From: an uncultured Pelagibacteraceae bacterium
GTDB taxonomy: Bacteria; Pseudomonadota; Alphaproteobacteria; Pelagibacterales; Pelagibacteraceae
Length of the DNA stretch: 64,000 nt
Assembly (NCBI GenBank): GCA_902634485.1
Contig: CACPKA010000007.1
Location: forward strand, 13-64,012
Direction: 5' to 3'
Of this stretch, positions 54,431 through 62,517 are shown piece by piece (the stretch's first letter is position 1; each line of letters begins with the position of its first letter). Made by a program: the position numbers and the translations under genes. The notes under the pieces were generated by a model that worked only from the letters and a program-made list of their open reading frames with translations, was not told the origin of the DNA and made no database searches.

Positions 54431-55432
54431 ATGGCAAACAAAATAACAATTGCAGTTGATGCAATGGGTGGAGACAATTCTCCGGCAAAAATAATAAATG
54501 GTATTATTTTGCACAATAGAAACTCTAAAAATGCTTATTATAAAATTTTTGGTAACGAAAATGAAATAAATAAGTTAATTGATAATAAATTACAAAAAAA
54601 ATATTTTGAAATTATTCATACCAATGAATCTATAAAAGGAAACGATAGTCCACTAAGCGCCGCTAGAAGTAAAAATTCAAGCATGTGGTTAGCGATTGAT
54701 AGTGTTAAAAAAAAGGAATCTGACATTATTGTTTCAGCCGGAAATACAGGAGCCTTATTCGTTATAGCAAAGTTAAATTTAAATATGATCGAAAATATAG
54801 ACAAACCTGCTTTAGCTGGTTTATGGCCTAATAAAAATGGAACAAACGTAGTTCTCGATTTAGGTGCCAGTATTGATTGTAGTGAAAAAAATTTAGTAGA
54901 TTTTTCAATCATGGGATCGGCTTTATTTAAAGCTTTGTTCCATTATGATGAGGCAAATGTAGCTATATTAAATATAGGTTCAGAAGAAATTAAAGGTCAT
55001 GAAATAATTAAAAAAGCTTACGAAATTTTAAATTCAAATCCAAATCCAAATTTTAAATTTAACGGTTATATCGAGGGCAATCAAATTATGGATGGATATT
55101 CTAATGTAATTATAACGGATGGATTTACTGGCAATGTGGCACTTAAGACCGCTGAAGGCACTGCAAATTTTATCACTGCAGAATTAAAAAAAGCAATGAC
55201 TGGAAGTTTTATAAGTAAAATTTCTTCTTTAATAAATATTAAAAACTTGAATAAGTTTAAGAAAAGATTAGATCCTAGACTTTATAACGGTGCCATACTT
55301 CTAGGCCTAGATTCTCCTGTTGTTAAAAGTCATGGCTCAACTGATTTTATTGGTTTTTGCAATTCTCTTAACATGTGTGAAAAAATTGTTACAAATAATT
55401 TAATAGGAAAAATTCAACAAAGTATGAATTAA
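54431..55432 (+). CDS. plsX: Phosphate acyltransferase PlsX
   Basis: IAVDAMGGD, VSAGNTGA, DGFTGNVALK, VKSHG. Confidence 0.97.
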   Translation: MANKITIAVDAMGGDNSPAKIINGIILHNRNSKNAYYKIFGNENEINKLIDNKLQKKYFEIIHTNESIKGNDSPLSAARSKNSSMWLAIDSVKKKESDIIVSAGNTGALFVIAKLNLNMIENIDKPALAGLWPNKNGTNVVLDLGASIDCSEKNLVDFSIMGSALFKALFHYDEANVAILNIGSEEIKGHEIIKKAYEILNSNPNPNFKFNGYIEGNQIMDGYSNVIITDGFTGNVALKTAEGTANFITAELKKAMTGSFISKISSLINIKNLNKFKKRLDPRLYNGAILLGLDSPVVKSHGSTDFIGFCNSLNMCEKIVTNNLIGKIQQSMN

Positions 55433-55435
55433 ATT

Positions 55436-55729
55436 ATGCGTATTAATTTAACAAAAAAAGAATTAATTAATTCAATGTATATGAGAATAGGATTTTCTAA
55501 AAAAATATCAGAAGTACTGCTTGATGATATACTCGATATTATTGTAGAAAATTTAAAAAAAAACAAAAAATTAAAAATAAGTAAGTTTGGTACGTTTACT
55601 ATTAGAGAAAAAAAAAGCCGATTAGGAAGAAATCCCAAAACTAAAGAAAGCAAAATTATTTCTGAACGAAAGGTTGTTTTATTTAAACCATCAAAAGAAT
55701 TTAAAAAATATATAAATAATCATGAGTGA
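55436..55729 (+). CDS. ihfA: Integration host factor alpha subunit
   Basis: LTKKEL, KISKFGTF, GRNPKT, VVLFKPS; plsX-ihfA-merR synteny. Confidence 0.9.
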   Translation: MRINLTKKELINSMYMRIGFSKKISEVLLDDILDIIVENLKKNKKLKISKFGTFTIREKKSRLGRNPKTKESKIISERKVVLFKPSKEFKKYINNHE

Positions 55730-56105
55730 ATCAGACTCCACGTATAAATCAATAGGTGAAGTAGCTAAAATACTTAATTTGGTAAATAAAAAGAATGGAA
55801 ATCTAAGCACTCATACAATTAGATTTTGGGAAAAAGAATTCAAGTATTTAAAACCAAAGATTTTTGCTGGTAAAAGAAGATACTATGATGATAAATCAAT
55901 AGAACTATTAAAGAAAATTAAATTTTTATTAAAAACCAAAGGATTAACTATAAAGGGGGCTAAAAAAATCTTGGAGTCAAACCCGTCATTTAATCTTGAC
56001 GATTTAACAAATAACTCTATAAACACAGATAATAAAAATATAGTTTTGAAAAATAAAATTTCAAAAATTTCAAAATTAATAAAAGAATTAAAAAATTTAA
56101 AATAA
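55722..56105 (+). CDS. MerR-family HTH regulator
   Basis: SIGEVAK, HTIRFWEKEF, RRYY, GLTIKGAK. Confidence 0.88.
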   Translation: MSESDSTYKSIGEVAKILNLVNKKNGNLSTHTIRFWEKEFKYLKPKIFAGKRRYYDDKSIELLKKIKFLLKTKGLTIKGAKKILESNPSFNLDDLTNNSINTDNKNIVLKNKISKISKLIKELKNLK

Positions 56106-56106
56106 T

Positions 56107-56298
56107 ATGGCAAAAAAAACTCATGTTAAAGTAAGATTGGTTCCTGAAAGTAAACCTGATAGTCCTTTTTTTTACTATGTGAAAAAACCTGCTGGAGGAG
56201 AAAAGGCAAAGATTAAATTAAAAGCAAAAAAATATAATCCGGCAACAAGAAAGCATGAAATTTTTGTTGAAAAAAAATTGCCGCCTCATAGCAAATAG
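56107..56298 (+). CDS. rpmG: 50S ribosomal protein L33 (zinc-free, divergent)
   Basis: MAKK..VKVRLV, FFYYVKK, KKYNPATRKHEIFVEKK. Confidence 0.88.
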   Translation: MAKKTHVKVRLVPESKPDSPFFYYVKKPAGGEKAKIKLKAKKYNPATRKHEIFVEKKLPPHSK

Positions 56299-56589
56299 TT
56301 ATTTTTTTTTAAAATTTCTTTTTTCGTAATCAATATAAGACCAAATCATATTTTTCCATATTCTTTGGGTTATTTTTGGATCAATATTTTTATTAATTGA
56401 TTGGTTGCGTATTTTTTTTAAAATATTCGTAATTCTTTTTTTATCAACAATTTCTTTTTTATATACTTTTAATGATAAAACCTTTTTAACTATTTCAGAT
56501 CTTTTTTTAATAATCTTTAATAAGTCTTTATCTAAAATATCTAATTTTCGTCTTAATTTATTAAGTTCTATTTTGTTTTTAGGCGACAT
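56299..56589 (-). CDS. Stand-alone AroQ-fold chorismate mutase / isochorismate pyruvate-lyase family protein
   Basis: LNKLRRKLDILD...KKR, VDKKRI; 96 aa. Confidence 0.8.
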   Translation of the reverse strand: MSPKNKIELNKLRRKLDILDKDLLKIIKKRSEIVKKVLSLKVYKKEIVDKKRITNILKKIRNQSINKNIDPKITQRIWKNMIWSYIDYEKRNFKKK

Positions 56590-56632
56590 TTATTCAATTG
56601 GATTTACTAATAATTAATATATTTATTATTAT

Positions 56633-57649
56633 ATGTACATAGAGAATAAGACATTAAAAAATTATATTTCCGTATGGTTATTTATTTCTTTTTGGCTGGT
56701 TGCCTTAATGATAATCGTTGGTGGATTAACTAGACTTACTGATTCTGGTCTTTCTATAACACAGTGGCAACTATTTACAGGCATATTTCCCCCATTAACA
56801 GAAACATCATGGAATCACTATTTTGACTTATATAAAAAAATACCTGAATACCAACTACAAAACTTTTCTATGTCAATTAGTGAATTCAAAATTATTTTTT
56901 GGTGGGAATATATTCATAGACTTTTAGGTAGAATTATTGGCCTATCTTTCCTCATACCGTTAATTTTTTTTACATACAAAATAGGTTTTTTGAAAGTTAA
57001 ATTTTTTTATTTAATTTTTATTTTAATATCTTTTCAGGGTTTTATAGGATGGTACATGGTATCTAGTGGATTAGTAGATCGTGTAGATGTAAGTCATTTT
57101 AGACTTTCTTTACATTTAATTATTGCATTTATAATTCTTTCTTTGATTTATTGGAGCTATTTAAGTTTAAATGTAAAAAGCAATTTTAAAGATAAAATAA
57201 ATTATATTTTTCCTTTAATTTTCATCATTTTAATTTTTTTTCAAATAGCTATTGGTGCATTTGTTTCTGGAATGGATGCTGGAAAAATATATAATTCATG
57301 GCCTTTAATGGGTTTGAAATATTTTCCTGATGATAGTTTAATAATTGATTTGTTTAGCCTTTCAGCTTTTAATAACCCTTCATTGGTTCAATTTATTCAT
57401 AGAAATTTAGCTTATTTAATATTTATATTTTATTTATATATTTTATTTAAAGTATATAAGAATAGCTTTGTAAAACTATACACAATAGTAAATACCGTTG
57501 GTATCTTATTAATACTACAAATTTTTCTTGGAATTCTAACTTTATTATTTGGTGCTAAGATTATAATTTCATCTTTGCACCAAATAAGTTCAATTTTTTT
57601 AGTTTGCTCAAGTATTTATTTTTTATTTATAAATAAAAAAATTAGCTAA
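56633..57649 (+). CDS. ctaA: Heme A synthase (COX15/CtaA)
   Basis: GGLTRLTDSGLSITQW, WEYIHRLLGR, RLSLHL, QFIHR, LHQ. Confidence 0.95.
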   Translation: MYIENKTLKNYISVWLFISFWLVALMIIVGGLTRLTDSGLSITQWQLFTGIFPPLTETSWNHYFDLYKKIPEYQLQNFSMSISEFKIIFWWEYIHRLLGRIIGLSFLIPLIFFTYKIGFLKVKFFYLIFILISFQGFIGWYMVSSGLVDRVDVSHFRLSLHLIIAFIILSLIYWSYLSLNVKSNFKDKINYIFPLIFIILIFFQIAIGAFVSGMDAGKIYNSWPLMGLKYFPDDSLIIDLFSLSAFNNPSLVQFIHRNLAYLIFIFYLYILFKVYKNSFVKLYTIVNTVGILLILQIFLGILTLLFGAKIIISSLHQISSIFLVCSSIYFLFINKKIS

Positions 57650-58970
57650 CTGCTTTTAAACTTGGTTTTCCAGAAGCACCTAATGCTTGATCTAAATCAG
57701 CTATTATATCATCAGGATGTTCTATACCAATAGATAGTCTAACATATCCTGGTGTAACACCAGCTGCCAGCAATTCCTCTTCAGTTAGTTGGCTATGAGT
57801 AGTTGTAGCTGGATGGATTGCTAAACTTCTTGCATCTCCAATATTAGCTACGTGATAAAACATTTTAAGAGCTTCAATAAATTTTTTACCAGCCTCTACA
57901 CCACCTTTAACCTCAATACCGATTAGAGCTCCATTTCCACCTTTAAGATATTTTTTAGATCTTTCAGCTATTTCACCTTGATGAAGTGTTGGATAAATAA
58001 CTCTATCTACATTTTTATTCTTTTGAAGATAAGCAACAACCTTCTCTGCATTTGAACAATGTTGTTTCATTCTAAGAGGTGCGGTCTCTAAACCTTGTAT
58101 CAGGCCCCAAGCGTTATCTGGAGCTAGAGGTGCGCCTAAGTCTCTTAATAAACAAACTCTTGCTCGCACAGCGAATGATACATTGGCACCAGTTAACTGC
58201 GGAACAACTTCTCCCCATTTTGCACCACCGTAACTCATATCTGGTTCATTGAATAGAGGTTGTCGTTTCGGATCTGCTGTCCAGTCAAAGTTTCCTCCGT
58301 CTACTAAACATCCTCCTATAACAGTTCCATGACCTCCAATAAATTTTGTTAAAGAGTGAACTACTACAGCTGCACCATGTTCAATTGGTTTACATATAAT
58401 TGGAGCTGCAGTGTTGTCCATTATTAATGGAATATTATGTTTTCTTCCTATATCTGAAACTTCTTTAATAGGAAAAACTCTTAAATATGGATTAGGTAAA
58501 GTTTCTGCATAAAAAGCTCTAGTTTTTTCATCAATAGCTTTTTCAAAATTTTTAGGGTCTGAAGGATCTGCATATCTTACTTCAATACCTAATTTTTTTA
58601 GAGTATGAGTGAACAAGTTTACAGTACCACCATAAAGATCTGTTGAACTAACAAAATTATCACCTGCTTGACAACAGTTAACAATAGCAAAAGTTGAAGC
58701 TGCTTGTCCTGATCCTACTGTAACACATGCTAAACCGCCTTCTAGGGCAGCAACTCTTTTTTCCAACACATCATTTGTAGGATTCATAATTCTAGTATAA
58801 ATATTACCAAACTCTTTAAGAGCAAATAAATTTGCTGCATGTTCAGTACTATTAAACTGATATGATGTAGTTCTATAAACTGGAACAGCTACTGCTGTTG
58901 TAGCTGGATCACTTCTATAGTCACCTCCATGAAGAGCTATAGTTTCTGGATTTTTTATTGTTTTTGACAT
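57642..58970 (-). CDS. metY: O-acetylhomoserine sulfhydrylase (aminocarboxypropyltransferase)
   Basis: ETIALHGG, IYTRIMNPT, HSLTKFIGGHG, ANIGDARSLAIHPATTTH; strong RBS AAGGAG. Confidence 0.96.
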   Translation of the reverse strand: MSKTIKNPETIALHGGDYRSDPATTAVAVPVYRTTSYQFNSTEHAANLFALKEFGNIYTRIMNPTNDVLEKRVAALEGGLACVTVGSGQAASTFAIVNCCQAGDNFVSSTDLYGGTVNLFTHTLKKLGIEVRYADPSDPKNFEKAIDEKTRAFYAETLPNPYLRVFPIKEVSDIGRKHNIPLIMDNTAAPIICKPIEHGAAVVVHSLTKFIGGHGTVIGGCLVDGGNFDWTADPKRQPLFNEPDMSYGGAKWGEVVPQLTGANVSFAVRARVCLLRDLGAPLAPDNAWGLIQGLETAPLRMKQHCSNAEKVVAYLQKNKNVDRVIYPTLHQGEIAERSKKYLKGGNGALIGIEVKGGVEAGKKFIEALKMFYHVANIGDARSLAIHPATTTHSQLTEEELLAAGVTPGYVRLSIGIEHPDDIIADLDQALGASGKPSLKAVS

Positions 58971-58999
58971 TAGTTTCTCCTTTTAAATATATTGTTATA

Positions 59000-59028
59000 A
59001 TTAAACTAAAATAAGCTCACGATTTCAA
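59000..59028 (-). promoter_or_regulatory. Putative sigma70 promoter of metY
   Basis: Minus strand TTGAAA-N17-TTTAAT, about 30 nt upstream of the ATG. Confidence 0.45.
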
Positions 59029-59087
59029 GTTAAATACCGAATTTAAAATTGACTTTATCAAGAAATATAAGTATTTATGCGCATCTT

Positions 59088-59546
59088 ATGACAAATTTTG
59101 TTAAAAAAAGTGAAATTAAAAATAACTGGTATTTAATAGACGGCAATAACGCTGTAGTAGGTAGATTAGCCACAATTATTGCAAAAATAATTAGAGGCAA
59201 ACATAAAACTACATATACTCCTCATATGGACAATGGTGATTTTGTTATAGTTAAAAATATTGAAAATATTAAGTTTACTGGAAAAAAATTTGAAGAAAAA
59301 AAATATTATAGACATACAGGACATCCGGGAGGAATAAAAGTATCAACACCTTCAAAGCTTCACGATAAGAAACCAGGAGAGGTTTTAAAATTAGCAGTTA
59401 AAAGAATGTTACCTGGAGGACCATTAGCTAAAAAACAATTGCTTAAATTAAAAATGTATTCAGGAAATGCTCATCCTCATGAATCACAAAAACTTACTAC
59501 TTTAGAATTATCTAAATTAAATTTAAAAAATATTTCTAGAAATTAA
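59088..59546 (+). CDS. rplM: 50S ribosomal protein L13
   Basis: WYLID, GRLAT, GKHKTTYTPHMDNGD, HTGHPGG; ATG 59088 preferred (the TTG at 59049 coincides with a TTGACT -35 box). Confidence 0.98.
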   Translation: MTNFVKKSEIKNNWYLIDGNNAVVGRLATIIAKIIRGKHKTTYTPHMDNGDFVIVKNIENIKFTGKKFEEKKYYRHTGHPGGIKVSTPSKLHDKKPGEVLKLAVKRMLPGGPLAKKQLLKLKMYSGNAHPHESQKLTTLELSKLNLKNISRN

Positions 59547-59547
59547 A

Positions 59548-59988
59548 ATGGAAAATACTGAACAAGTCAAAGATTTAAAAAATGATATAAAATTAGATTT
59601 TAAAGATAGCAAATATGCTACAGGAAGAAGAAAAACTTCTATAGCTAAAGTCTGGCTTAAAAAAGGAACTGGAAAAATTCATGTGAATGGGAAAAATTAT
59701 GATTCTTATTTCAAAAGAGATTCTCATAAAATGCAGATATTGAAACCTTTTGAATTAATTAATCAAAGCACATCATATGATGTTAAATGCAATATTCAAG
59801 GCGGTGGTGCAACAGGTCAAGTTGGAGCATTGGTATTAGGAATTTCTCGTGCCCTAATTCAAATTGATCCAAGCTTTAAATCAACATTAAAAAAAGAAAA
59901 ACTTACTACCAGAGACTCTAGATCTGTAGAAAGAAAAAAATACGGTCGTAGAAAAGCTAGACGTAGCTTTCAGTTCTCTAAAAGATAA
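59548..59988 (+). CDS. rpsI: 30S ribosomal protein S9
   Basis: ATGRRKTS, GGGATGQ, TRDSRSVERKKYG, QFSKR. Confidence 0.99.
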   Translation: MENTEQVKDLKNDIKLDFKDSKYATGRRKTSIAKVWLKKGTGKIHVNGKNYDSYFKRDSHKMQILKPFELINQSTSYDVKCNIQGGGATGQVGALVLGISRALIQIDPSFKSTLKKEKLTTRDSRSVERKKYGRRKARRSFQFSKR

Positions 59989-60023
59989 TACCTTTTTAAA
60001 CTTTTTACTGTTATATATAAAAA

Positions 60024-61046
60024 ATGCACAAGTTAAATGTATTAATTGCTGGCTCTACTGGATATATGGGTGTCCAATTAGTTAAACTATTATCCAAACA
60101 TAAAAATATTCATATAAAATATTTATGTGGCAATTTATCTGTTGGAAAAAATATTTCTTATTTTGATAAGACTCTTAAAAATAAAAAATTACCAAAAATA
60201 ATTAAATTTAAAAAAAAACTTTTAAAAAAAGTTGATCTTATTTTTACAGCACTTCCAAATGGTGAAGCTCAACTTTTGTCAAAAAATTTATTACCAGGAA
60301 ATAGATTAATTGATTTGGCTGCAGATTTTAGAATCGAAGATCCAAAAATTTATAAAAAATGGTACAAAATTAATCACAACGCAAAAGATAACATCGTTAA
60401 AAGTCTCTATGCATTGCCTGAATTAAGCAAAAAAGATTTAAAAAAATATAAAATAATTGCATGTCCAGGGTGTTATCCAACATCAATATTGTTACCTATA
60501 ATACCTCTGCTGAATAAAAAGATAATTTTATCAAATAATATAGTTGTTGATTCAAAATCTGGTTATTCAGGGGCGGGCAGAGGTGTTCATAAAAAATATT
60601 ATAAAAAAAACCTTTATGAGTCTTTAAGTGCATATGGAGTAGGCTTTCATAGACATAATTCGGAAATTGAACAAGAGATTTCTAAAGTTTATAAAAAAGA
60701 ATATAAATTATTTTTTACTCCTCATTTATCACCAATGTTTAAAGGAATATTAAGCACTATATATGTTGACACTCCTAGAAATATAAATTCAATAAATATT
60801 TATAATTGTTTAAAGAAATTTTATAAAAAAAATATATTTATAAAATTTGCAAAATTTAATTCTCCTATCAGTACAAATGACGTTATTAACACTAATAATT
60901 GTTTAATTTCAGTTTGTAGAACAAAATTTACTAATAAAACAATTATTCTTTCAGCAATAGATAACTTAATTAAAGGTGGATCTGGTCAGGCAGTTCAAAA
61001 TATGAATACTATCTATAATTTTCCTGAATCTAGAGGGTTAAAATGA
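60024..61046 (+). CDS. argC: N-acetyl-gamma-glutamyl-phosphate reductase
   Basis: GSTGYMG, DLAADFR, PGCYPTS, SGYSGAG, DNLIKGGSGQAVQN. Confidence 0.96.
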   Translation: MHKLNVLIAGSTGYMGVQLVKLLSKHKNIHIKYLCGNLSVGKNISYFDKTLKNKKLPKIIKFKKKLLKKVDLIFTALPNGEAQLLSKNLLPGNRLIDLAADFRIEDPKIYKKWYKINHNAKDNIVKSLYALPELSKKDLKKYKIIACPGCYPTSILLPIIPLLNKKIILSNNIVVDSKSGYSGAGRGVHKKYYKKNLYESLSAYGVGFHRHNSEIEQEISKVYKKEYKLFFTPHLSPMFKGILSTIYVDTPRNINSINIYNCLKKFYKKNIFIKFAKFNSPISTNDVINTNNCLISVCRTKFTNKTIILSAIDNLIKGGSGQAVQNMNTIYNFPESRGLK

Positions 61047-61231
61047 AAAAATATATAATTTTATTATTATTTTTATCAGGATGTTCTTTTAATACTGACA
61101 GTGCTTATTGGCAAGATAACACAAATTATGACTATGAAGATATATTATATGATAAAGATTATACTCTAGAGGAATATAAAAAAAATTTAGAGATGTATAA
61201 TAAAAAAACTAAAATACCAGATTTAAATTAG
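61043..61231 (+). CDS. Small hypothetical lipoprotein
   Basis: MKKYIILLLFLSGC lipobox; fills the argC-hom gap with an ATGA overlap. Confidence 0.7.
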   Translation: MKKYIILLLFLSGCSFNTDSAYWQDNTNYDYEDILYDKDYTLEEYKKNLEMYNKKTKIPDLN

Positions 61232-61233
61232 TT

Positions 61234-62517
61234 ATGAAAAAAATTGGAATAGGTATTGTTGGATTGGGAAATATTGGTAGTTTTCTTTATAAGGAGATTT
61301 TATCAAAAAAAAAAGATATTGGTTTAAAAACAAACACAAAAATCAGTATTGTCGCTATATCTGCAAAAAACTCTAAAAAAAAAAGATCTTTTAAATTCAA
61401 CAAAAAAATTTTTTTTAATAATCCTTTAGACATAACAAAAAATCCTGATGTTGATATTGTAATTGAATTAATCGGACAATCAGATGGAGTTTCAAAAAAG
61501 ATTGTTGAGACATCACTAAAAAACAAAAAGCATGTTATAACCGCAAATAAAGCTCTTATAGCAAAACACGGTGATTATTTATCAAATATTGCAGAGAAAA
61601 AAAAAGTAAATTTAGAATTTGAAGCTGCTGTTGGTGGGGGAATACCAGTTTTAAGAACTATCAAAGATGGTCTTGCAACAAATAAAATTAGTAAAGTTGT
61701 TGGTATTTTAAATGGTACATCAAATTATATTTTGACTAAAATGCAGAAAACTAAAAATTCTTTTAATCATGTTTTGAAAGAAGCCCAAAAACTTGGACTT
61801 GCTGAATCTAACCCAAAATTCGATTTAGACGGTAGCGATGTTTTGTCTAAAATTAGAATTTTATCATCTTTAGCATTTAATAAAAAAATATCTAAAAACC
61901 CATGTCTTAAAAATGGAATTGAAAATATCGAACTTACAGATATTAAAATGTCTGAAAAACTTGATTTAAAGATAAAATTACTTGGGATTACTGAAATTAT
62001 AAATAATAAATTATTTGAAAGAGTTCATCCGTGCTTAATTAAAAAAGATAATTATATTGCAAACATTGATGGAGTAATGAATGCAGTTATACTTGAAGGT
62101 AACCCTGTTGGAGAAAGCGTTTTACAAGGTGAAGGAGCCGGACCTGGACCAACCTCATCAGCTCTTATGTCTGATCTACTATCAATTTTACGTGGAAACA
62201 TTAAGTTTCCTTTTGGAATACCTTCTAGTAAAAGAAAAAGTGTTATTTGCTATGATAAAAATCAAAATTTTAATTCTTTATATTTAAGATTTGAAGTTAA
62301 GGATAGACCTGGTGTTTTATCTCAAATTACTAAACAACTTGCTAAATATAAAATATCAATTGAACGTTTAATACAAATTCCAGATCATAAAAAAAAACGT
62401 GCATCTATAGTTATTATTACTCATAAATCTAAAGAATTAAATTCAGATAAATGTATTAAATCATTTAAATCTAATAATAACGTTTTAAGAACGCCAACTA
62501 TAATTAGATTATTCTAA
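61234..62517 (+). CDS. hom: Homoserine dehydrogenase with C-terminal ACT domain
   Basis: GLGNIG, VITANKA, FEAAVGGGIP, GILNGT, GAGPGPT, DRPGVL. Confidence 0.96.
   Translation: MKKIGIGIVGLGNIGSFLYKEILSKKKDIGLKTNTKISIVAISAKNSKKKRSFKFNKKIFFNNPLDITKNPDVDIVIELIGQSDGVSKKIVETSLKNKKHVITANKALIAKHGDYLSNIAEKKKVNLEFEAAVGGGIPVLRTIKDGLATNKISKVVGILNGTSNYILTKMQKTKNSFNHVLKEAQKLGLAESNPKFDLDGSDVLSKIRILSSLAFNKKISKNPCLKNGIENIELTDIKMSEKLDLKIKLLGITEIINNKLFERVHPCLIKKDNYIANIDGVMNAVILEGNPVGESVLQGEGAGPGPTSSALMSDLLSILRGNIKFPFGIPSSKRKSVICYDKNQNFNSLYLRFEVKDRPGVLSQITKQLAKYKISIERLIQIPDHKKKRASIVIITHKSKELNSDKCIKSFKSNNNVLRTPTIIRLF

Noticed and set aside
10525-59087. Longer upstream starts given by the ORF track for lipB, pyrB, gatC, folK, ribE, the cbp3-like gene, bamE and rplM
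   Set aside because: The extensions overlap neighbouring genes or promoter boxes and do not resemble family N-termini; downstream starts were chosen
600-62400. Frequent A8-A11 homopolymer runs as phase-variation or frameshift sites
   Set aside because: Explained by Lys (AAA) codon runs in an AT-rich genome; reading frames are intact on both sides
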